Positions 54,709 to 64,000 of a stretch of DNA of 64,000 bases are shown here, piece by piece (positions within the stretch are counted from its first letter, which is position 1; every line of letters begins with the position of its first letter). The DNA lies in NCBI GenBank assembly GCA_020137815.1, contig CM035354.1, positions 372,001-436,000 on the forward strand. Direction: 5' to 3'. The position numbers and the translations under genes are program-made. The DNA comes from Hormiphora californensis (taxonomy: Eukaryota; Animalia; Ctenophora). The notes below the pieces were generated by a model that saw only the letters and a program-made list of their open reading frames with translations, ran no database searches and was not told where the DNA came from.

Positions 54709-55864
54709 TGCCATCTTCTGTTTCTCCCACCCTTTGCCTGATGGGCTTTAATGGCAAAGGACGGGTTTTGGCCGGTATTTAGCCAGTCTACTTTGGCCCA
54801 GTGCACAAGGCTGGGGAGATGGTGTAATACCGGCCGGGGGTATCTCTAGTCAGAGAGAGATGAGTCATGAGCGGATTAGAGAAAGGAAAAGAGAAAAACA
54901 CACCATCCAAGGAGGGCAGCTCTGTTTCCTTGGAGTGGTATGTGAGATGCTCCAGGCAGTTCAAGAGCTTCATGGTTTACCCCGGGGTATGCCGGGTCAC
55001 CCCTGAAGATTCCCTGTCTGGTCTGTAGGACACTATTGCTATCTAAAATAATAGACATTAGCCGCGGCCTGCATCTCAAGGGCGTGGGAAGGAATCTCAC
55101 CATCCTAGATCAATATAGTGCTTGCCCTACTAATTCGAGGAAGCTGGTCATTTTAGTGCTCTCGGTTTTGTTTCTACTCCTTTCTTAACTTGGCTATAGT
55201 CATTATATATGGTTAAAAACGGCTATGTGCCGATCTAATTATCTAATTAACTGGATGACTTAATTCAGGCACCTACCCCCACTAATGCGAGGACGCTACC
55301 CATTCAATGACCTTATCTTTTTTTTTATCTACTCCTTTCCTAAGGGTAGTTACGTTTTTACGATTTATGCTGAAAATGCATGTACTCGCCTACCCGGAAA
55401 TGAAGGTCTTCCTCACCTCTGATCAGCTGGAACTTTGTTTTGGTGATCCACGAGATCCATTAGGGTCAACTAGTGAATAGAATTTTGCTCTGTGACTTGT
55501 TAGTGCTCCTTTATCAAACACGTAATGACAAAGTAAAATGTTTCCCAAATTGAATTAAATGCGAAATTCCAATGTTTTGGTCGATTTTGGCCAAAAATTT
55601 AGCTGTAATTTAGTGGTGAGACTAGGCCAGGCCCGAGAGACAGTTCAGTGGTAACTGGGAGGTCATGTGTGCTGGAAATGGGTATTTGAGACGGATTTAA
55701 GTTGCATTTTAGTATATCTATATAATAGTAAGGGGAAGAGCCCTTATTGGTGTCTGAAAAAAGCAAAAGTGATTACAATTCCGTCTAACACGTAAAAACA
55801 TATGTTTTACGTTATTCAAATTATGTATATTCAAACCATATCTCTCTAGCTCTCACTCTTTCTT

Positions 55865-55958
55865 TCTGTCTCTGTCTCTGTCTCTGTCTCTGTCTCTGAC
55901 TCTGACTCTGTCTCTGTCTCTGTCTCTGTCTCTGACTCTGACTCTGTCTCTGTCTCTG

Positions 55959-55994
<36 letters not shown>

Positions 55995-56010
55995 TCTCTC
56001 CCTCTCTCTG
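55865..56010. repeat. (TCTCTG)n hexamer grading into (CT)n
   Basis: Directly visible. Confidence 0.93.
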
Positions 56011-56523
56011 CCTCTTTCTATCTTCCTCTCTATCTTTCTGTCTTATTCAGTAATATTTCATACGTATACTTCTGACTCACGGTTGTGGCTTCTGACCTTT
56101 TGCTTTGAACTGCCATATAATTACAACATGTCTTCGTTTCTTTTCCCATCCCTATGTCCCTTAATTATTTTTAACGAATTAATATAAAATGTAGACAATG
56201 AATTTTAAATTGTTGCATTGGCGTTCTACCAAAACTTTTACATCCTCTTTGTGTTTGTTTCATGTTTTTAATGCTCCGTGAACACAAGTGCTTAGTTACT
56301 CATTATTTATTTGGTTGTCATAGACATAGCTAATTATTTGTTCAATTATTATTATGCTCCATCTCCCACTCCCTGATCTCTCCGGCCTCTCCCTCTAGTC
56401 CCTGCTAGACTATATAGTGGGCGGTGCCATGTCAAACACAATGATAGAGGGACGATAATGCAAGAAGCAGCGACTAATTAATAGATTTTGTAAATTATAG
56501 AGAGCCCTTCACGGAATCTATAC

Positions 56524-56555
<32 letters not shown>

Positions 56556-59500
56556 CGATAGAGAGAGAGAAGAGCGAGAGAGCAGAGAGAGATGAGAGCA
56601 GAGAGCAGCGAGAGAGAGAGAGCGGAGAGAAGAGAGAGAGAGAGAAAGGGCGAGAGATTAGTCGCGAGAGTAGAGAGCAGATAGAGAGAGAGAGACTAGA
56701 GAGAGAGTAGAGGAGGAGAGAGAAAGATAGAGCTATATGAGCGAGAGAAGGATCGAGCTAGATAGCTCATTCTCTCGCTATCTCTCTCTCGCTCTGCGCT
56801 AGTCAACCCTCGATATCTCTCTACCGTATATCGATCTATCATATCTCGGTTCCTCAATCATCACTTTCAGTTCAATCCACTACCGTCTCGGCCTATATTT
56901 CTTAGTAGCTGCATGTTCAAAGGGTAACTATGTGCCACACCAGGCGCCCATCCTTTCCTCTTTTTTTTGTCAAAAATTGCCACGTGCTGCCGACTAGTCA
57001 TCTGGTTAGTTTGGTCACCCTGTTGCCAAATGATGACATAACATACCCTCGGTGCCCCACAGCTCTTGTGGTTTGGAACACTGAAGAATCATGGCCCCGT
57101 CTCTCTTTTGTTCAACCTTCTTTCTCTATCTTTTTGCCCTATCTCTTTTATTTTACCTCTCTGGTTCTTCCGACGAAAATTATCTTGTCGTCTCCTAACA
57201 ATTAAGCGTGAATGTCCTTTTCTGTCCAGTTTCTTATGACGCGGGGCATATTAAATGTAAAGAGTTATGACGACAAAAGATCATTAGAATAGTTTGTGAG
57301 CATTATGAATTTGTTGCTATGTTCTAACCCTCCTTGACATTTAACTAAGTACCCATCATCCGACCATACGTGCATTAGAATGCTACTTGGCTGAATGCTG
57401 CTGAATAGAGCTTTCTTATGCTGTCTGATCTACCCGTGAACTTCGCTTTACTTAGCATTAATAATGCGTTGTCGCTCTCTCTCGTCAGTCATCTATCTCT
57501 CTCTGCTCTCGCTCCAGAGAGGAGCTACTGCTAGCGAGAGAAGAGCGAGAGAGCATAGAGAGAGAGAGAAGCAGTAGAGAGAGAGCTATCTCTCTCTCTC
57601 CTTCTCTCTCCTCATCTCTCTCTCTCTCCCTCCGGTAATTAATCCCGTTTGTCAGTAGTAGCAGATGTTGTCGCAAAGAGTGTGAGAAAGATTGAGAGAG
57701 AGAATAGAAAGATAGAAAGAGAGAGAGAAAGATAGAAAGAGAGAGAGATAGAAAGGTAGGTAACGGATTAGTACCAAGCTCAATAGTTGTAGACATTGTT
57801 ATACCAGTTTGTAATATATTCTCTAGCAAGTTCTCAATAGTTGAGACAGCACAAGATGCAAGACAGATATAGAAGAGGAAAGTTTGGAGGGTCTATATTT
57901 GCCATGTCACATGATCAGTGTTTTCCGATTTTCCGTTATTTCATATTTCCATATTTTCCACTTCTAGTTAGCGCTCCCTTGACGCTTATTACTGAGCTTT
58001 AGTTTGCTTGACGCGTGTTCGTGTGTGAAAGGTCGAGAAAGGCGACACATATTGCATTTATTTACATGGAATTTCTCCTCTTCTCCTCTCTTGTAAAAAG
58101 AACTTGTGTAGAAGGGTAAGGGTGTGCATGGATTGTAAATAATTGTTTTTATGTGGGCCTTTCCTTTTTTAGTGTCACATTCTCATGCCGTATTCGTCTT
58201 AATCGCAGCACTACCCGATTGGTTTGAGGAGTTGCCGGCCGGATATGCCCCCCACCCTCACGTTCCACGTCAGAGAGAGAGAAGAGGAGAAAGGGAGAGG
58301 TGAAAAGCCCTTACGCTAAGCCTGCAATTGAAGCAGCGGGGGCCTTGTCGCTTCGGCATGTCTCTCTTCCATGTGGGGTGTCGCTCCGTTGCGCTCCGGT
58401 CGTACCTGTTGGGCGAAGTGCCAACGTCGCTGGGGGTCCGCGTATTTTGGCCAGGAGAGCTGGGGCTTGGCTAGGGCGCTGCGGATCCCTCTCTGGGTCG
58501 AAGACGTGCGTTCCTCTGTGGACTCCGATGGGTTCGGCTGCGCATGATGTTTCTAAGCTGTACTCGTGCCTCACTTGGGGGTTTCCGGCCAGTCTTTGGG
58601 ACAATAACGATCTGGGGCTGGTGGCCTCGTCTTTTCGTTCGAGGTCTCTGACCTGCTGGTTCCCTCTTTGTCGTGGAGTGCTGGGCAGTGCTGACTGGCA
58701 TTTTATGTTGAGCGGTTTGGGTGTTGAAGGTAGCTGTCCGGCGTCGGCGTCGTTGCTATTCCGTCGAACGTTGGAGTCTTGGTCGGTGGGCAGGCCTTTG
58801 CCGCTTTCTCCTCGTTGCTGTGTGGCTCGCAATTCCTTGGCCTCAGGTCATTCCCCCGTCGGGTGTACGGGGTGTGACTGGGCCGGTGGCCATTCCCGCC
58901 TTTTGCACATTCCCTCCGCCTGGGGCGCCGGCGGGTTCATCGAAAACTTGGGCTGTGCTTGGCTTTGCCAGAATTCCGGGTTCCACCAGCTCCGCGTCCT
59001 GGACCGTTCCCGCATCGCATTTACTCGCTGGGTCTCAAAATAGGGTAGAGGGGCCGTGACTCCCGGTGGCCTGCCTTTTTCTCTGTTTCTCGGTTGTCGC
59101 TCGGTGGCTGGTGCCTTGCTTTTCTTGCTGCGACGCGCTGGCTTCTCGCTCGGAGGACACAGGTTGTGAAATAGCGCCTCCCATCCATCCCACACGACTG
59201 GATAACTACCCTGCTTTCTTCCCTGTTTTCCTGTTTTCCCCGGGGCTGCCCTTGTCTAACCTAGCTGCTCTCCGATTCCTAGTCGTACCGGTTTAAGCGT
59301 CAGTCCGGCGCCAACCCCCTTGTCCGTACTGGTTCTTCGTGGTCCACTGCCGTCGTTTCAGTCGTGGCTATGGCAGGCAGCTCGTATAGGGCAATGTCCT
59401 ACTTGTGCCCCGGGCCACCCTGATTAGGCCGACTGACAGCTTTCTGCCTTAGTGCAGTCCTCCGTATTGTTGGCTTCGTTGGCGCGTCTTGACTCTCTGG

Positions 59501-62363
59501 CGAGTATGTCTTATGAGTGTGTAGCCTCGTTTTTCGTAGTGTCTCGCTTCTGACCCCGTACGTCACGGTGCGTCTCCCTTTTGGGAGAGTCTTCGGTCAT
59601 TCTCCATGGCCTCGTTCCACTGGCTTTGGTTTTTCCTCCCCGTTTTCCCTTTCTAGCGTTTGCTGTGGGTTCATTCTCCCGCGTCTCTGGTCGCTGCGCG
59701 TATCATTCCTGTTTTACGTCCTAAGTAAGACGAGTGACTGGCCGTTGGGTCCTCAAGTCGATCTCGCCGAACCTGAAAGGTCGGTGGGGAACCTTTCTTA
59801 GACGCCCGAGCCAAAAGACCCCCCCTAGCATAAATGGGGGCAGCTCTAAATTCAGAGGAATCCCCAGCCCCCCCTACGTCCCTTTTCTTTTCTCTTCGGG
59901 TCACTAGTAGGTGGAGTGTAGGAAAAAGAATGTTAATATTGTTAGAAGAGGCGGGTAAGAGGGGATAAGTCAATGCCAAAAAGTAAAGTGAAGCATGTAA
60001 CAGTAGAGGTGGGATGTTTAGAAATTATGAAAGGAAGTGGTTGTTGTAAAAATAATGCAACATTGTTTCAGGAAAGAGGGGGGGGGGCGGGCGGGTCTCT
60101 AGTGAGAATTACGGGACCTTATCATAAAAAGTTATACGAAACATTTGTCGAAAAAACCATTAGAAGAAAGGCCCGTAGTGGAGGCTATGTGTGGGATGCA
60201 ACTTGTGTATGGTTTTTATGGTACTAGTTTGTATAGTAACAACCAATGAAGGACCCTCGAAAATCTGAATTCTACAGAAGAAAGAGTAGTAGTCAACGAC
60301 CGGTAGCGCTAGCGATTTACACCACCCATGTTTAAAACAGAGGTGTGTGTCGCATATAACTCCCTTTATATGGGCATTATACCCAAATTCCAATCGTTGT
60401 GGAATGGAGGAATGTCTGTGAGGAATTTATTCTGATCGACTATTAGCTTAGTTATCAATGTGATCCAACCGCGAATACCTTTGGAAGGCTATTTTGCACA
60501 TGCTGAAGCTTTGTGTAGCCAAATGCCAGCATCTTCATAGTTGGCAAAAAAACAAAAACAGGGGGAATGGCCATCCAACACCACAAAAACCAAACCAAAA
60601 CCAAAACACCCCCTACCAGCACCAAACAACAACACCCCAATACCAAAGAGCAAAAAAGGCATGGTAGTAATGGTAGTATTTAGTTTCTGTTGTTTTAGAA
60701 TGGGTTAGAGCTCAGCTCAGGACAAAGGTAGGACGAAAGTACGCGCGATTGAGACTGGGTGATTAGTGCCTAGTGGTTGTCGGATTGGCGAGAGAGGAAG
60801 GGGAAGCTAGCCGGGACTAGCAATCGGGCAAGGGTGGAGGGGTGGTGTGTCGGGCGAATGGAGTGTGAATAGGGTTGTTAGATGTGTAATGAAGAGTAAA
60901 GAAGGGGGAAGATCTCTTGGTCTACAGAGATGGCGTAAAGTATAATGAACACAAAATTAGTATGTAGGTGGCTCCTTTTTTTAGTTTTTTTATATTTAGC
61001 TCAGACACAATTTCTTCGGGTTAGTCAAAAAATTAGAAACTTTCTGTTTTGTAGTAGTTTTGGACACAGGAATTTTTTCCCGCCGTACAAACGATATTAT
61101 TACCCCTCCGTGAGCTAGCGCAGAGGGGGAATTTCATTACCAAAGTGAGACAAGAACCGCATGGTCATTATTGTGTCTGCCGTGCATTGACGTGTGCGGC
61201 GGAAACTTTTTTGGTACGCGTTACCAAATTGTCGGCAGAGTTGCGCGCAAAAATGCGGACCCTTTTGCCGCCTATACATCATTTCCAGTTATCCTCCTCG
61301 ACTTGTTGTTGCTCTTCCGAAGTGCTTTATGATTTGCCCAGCTCGACCCCCTATTTCGGAGACATATGCTACTATGCTAGACAATGCATTCCATAGATAT
61401 TTAGGTAGACCTGGAGAGAATTGATAGAATTTTCCCAGCGTTCCTCTGCAGTAGAACCTTAAAATGTGCTTAATCCAAGCCCGGTGTCAGCACCATATTT
61501 TCACATAATATATGGAGACTGTTTATTTATCCTGGTTTCAACAATAATATCCCCTGGTGAGGCCTGGCCGCGTTTCTTCAAACACACCATGCCAAAACAT
61601 CCACCTTACCACTCGTTCTATGAGGTTCAATTCGTTTAACCTTCGTCTAACGGGCAGAGAGAAAGTGAGAGGGAGGGAGGGGAATAGAGAGAGAAAGTGA
61701 GAGGGAGGGAGGGGGATAGAGAGAGAATGAGGGATAAAAGGGAGAGATAAAGATATAGAATGAGGGATATAAATGGAGAGAGAGGGGAGGGGTAATATTA
61801 TAGAGTCCTTTCCTGCCGTCTTTTCATGATGGAATAAATGGGGTCATTGGTGATTTCTGTTCATTTTTACTCTCCCTCTACAATTAATGTTGGCCTTGTT
61901 GCCTCCCCCATCCTAGACTGACCACCTTATGATATGATATTCAACTATGATACCTCGTATCAAAGTAATATTCAATAGATTCCGTTCAGTAGACCCGTTG
62001 AGGGGTATCATGTCGGTACTCCAAAATACAGGTGAAGATCCACTCCTTCCACCTCTTTATAAATGTGTACTGTAGGACCTAATAAATCTATATTAAATTT
62101 GTCGATATAATCCAGTTTCTTGTGTAAACATTGCAGTTTGTGAATAATGATATGAATACGAGCATTTCTCATACTTGTAATTTTCTCAGAATGCAACAGT
62201 CTGTGAATGATTTTCAGTTCCGTCCATTTCTCATACAGAGTTCCTCACTTCCGCATGCCCAACCATTCATAGTTATATCCTGCATTCTCACGAGGAAGTC
62301 TCAGAGGGAGGGGAGAGAGAAAGAGATCAGAAAGAGAGAGGGAGGAGAGAGATGGAGGGAGAT

Positions 62364-62394
<31 letters not shown>

Positions 62395-63254
62395 AGAGAG
62401 GCAGAGAGAGAGGGAGAGGGGGGAGAGAGAGAGAGGGATCTGTGAGTGTGCTGGCTCGTGTACATGAACAATTCTTATCGAGTGCGTTTCCATGGTGACC
62501 TCCAGTTAGTCTGACCAATTTCACCCCATCAACCACCCACTGCATTGAAGGATTCAAAGAAATGGAGAGAGAGAGAGAGAGCGAGGGAAGGATGAGATAG
62601 AGAGAGAGAGAGAGAGTCTTGGTCTTGGTCTGGATGAATGATACTTGTTACACGGCAATCGTTCCTTTGTCATCACGCACTGTAGAGTTTACAGTGCGGA
62701 AGTTGCACTTTGTTTCATAAAGAGAAGAGAAAGCGTGCTCTGTGAGGGTTCAGTAGATCAACACCGCACTCCTACACAGAAGCCTTACCTACCCTGCTTG
62801 TCAATGCATTACTCAACAAGCTTGTCAGGGGAAGTGTGTGTTAAAAGAGCATGTACTTCATGTCTCACTGAATTAGCTTTGAACTTTGATACGCTTTGAT
62901 GTTGTGGTACTGGTATGTAGTTCTAAGAACTATTATGAACTATTAAGAACTATTAGTTCTTGAAACATTATATATTCTACCAAAAAGGGAAGGAATGCAC
63001 CAATAGACCACGGTTATTAGAGTTCAATATTTCATTCGTAATTGCTCACGGTTACGGAGTTAGCCCATGGACTCCATGATGGAGTCGAGTAGTGCTAGGG
63101 TGAATATTAAACCAAATTGCTTTAGTCGGGAAGGGAAGAGCATGGTTACTTGCATGAGCTAAAGCAGTTGATAATAAATGAATAAACATAGGTTTGCTGT
63201 CGCCAGAGTACCTAACTATCTAATTGCAGTCATATTAGTATTACCCTTACCCCC

Positions 63255-63305
<51 letters not shown>

Positions 63306-63335
63306 CCTCTCCCTCTCTCTTCTCTCTCTCTTCTC

Positions 63336-63407
<72 letters not shown>

Positions 63408-64000
63408 CTTTTCTCCTCTTCTTTCCCTCGTGGCCTCTGGTGCAGTATTCGATGTGTGCTCCTATTCTGTCGCTCAGTCCGACTCAGTATTCCTATTTTA
63501 ATCTCCTTTTCTATTCATTTCCCTACACATAAGGTGCTCCCTTAGCACTGGACACAGCTCTCCAATAGTCTTCCTATAGCCCATTGTTGGTGTAGTTCTG
63601 TTACTTAATGCTATGCAACTTCCCCGTTCCTGTTTCTCTACTACATAATGATGAATCGTACTGGGGGTGGGCTGGGGGGAGGGGTTATAAATCCTATTTA
63701 GAGTACTCCCATTATTGATTATATATATAGTACGGGGCGGGGGTGGCTGTTATGAAACACGATGATGCTACCAAATAGCATGTAAGTGTAACCAGGTAGC
63801 GCTATGCCAGGATATAGGGTTGTATTAGGTCTGTATTTTGTCTGCTATTTCGAGACTGATGAACTGAATTTACTTAGATTCTTGTAATTAATGGATCTGC
63901 TAATGTAAGCGGCCGGGATGTGGCGGTTGGAATTGATATTTGAGGTGGTAGTTGATCTCTTCCTGGATGTGGCGAATTTCGAAATTAATGTGCGTTTATT

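Noticed and set aside
56520-57760. Irregular GA-rich tracts as a cryptic code or complex satellite
   Set aside because: Pattern matches error-corrupted (GA)n from low-coverage long reads.
62008-62900. Possible minus-strand exons near the window end
   Set aside because: Could not be joined into a phase-consistent model; no recognisable domain.

Overview
Eukaryotic (animal) genomic DNA rich in (CT)n/(GA)n microsatellites, palindromic non-autonomous DNA transposons and local tandem duplications. An intronless LDLa-7TM receptor without LRRs, nested intronless genes and short GT-AG introns suggest a ctenophore; this is inference. Gene content, with phases reconstructed by hand: a spliced SURF4-like gene (4067-6100+); an intronless secreted M1 aminopeptidase (8204-10765+); and a 10-exon, ~31-kb host gene (12482-43382+) with a C-terminal LURP-one/Tubby-C-like domain. 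Its first intron holds a 3.8-kb satellite-filled foldback element and an antisense Ly6/uPAR-like Cys-rich gene (present twice, probably an assembly/haplotype duplication). Its last intron holds a same-strand intronless LDLa-GPCR (36973-40167). Further right are a 3-exon small acidic secreted protein ending in G-K-K-K-stop (candidate amidated peptide precursor), a RING...UIM E3-like gene, an intronless Mu-like GST and a LINE 3' remnant. The most striking unexplained pattern is that about ten of the ~33 reconstructed splice junctions, plus one stop/polyA site, are themselves the unit of tandem duplications or minisatellites (2 to ~19 copies) that extend into the intron and stack up decoy donors/acceptors. 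Two short motifs recur in unrelated flanks, and one multibranched hairpin element has shared loop sequences. About 20.1-21.05 kb and 56.5-61.1 kb look like low-quality consensus.
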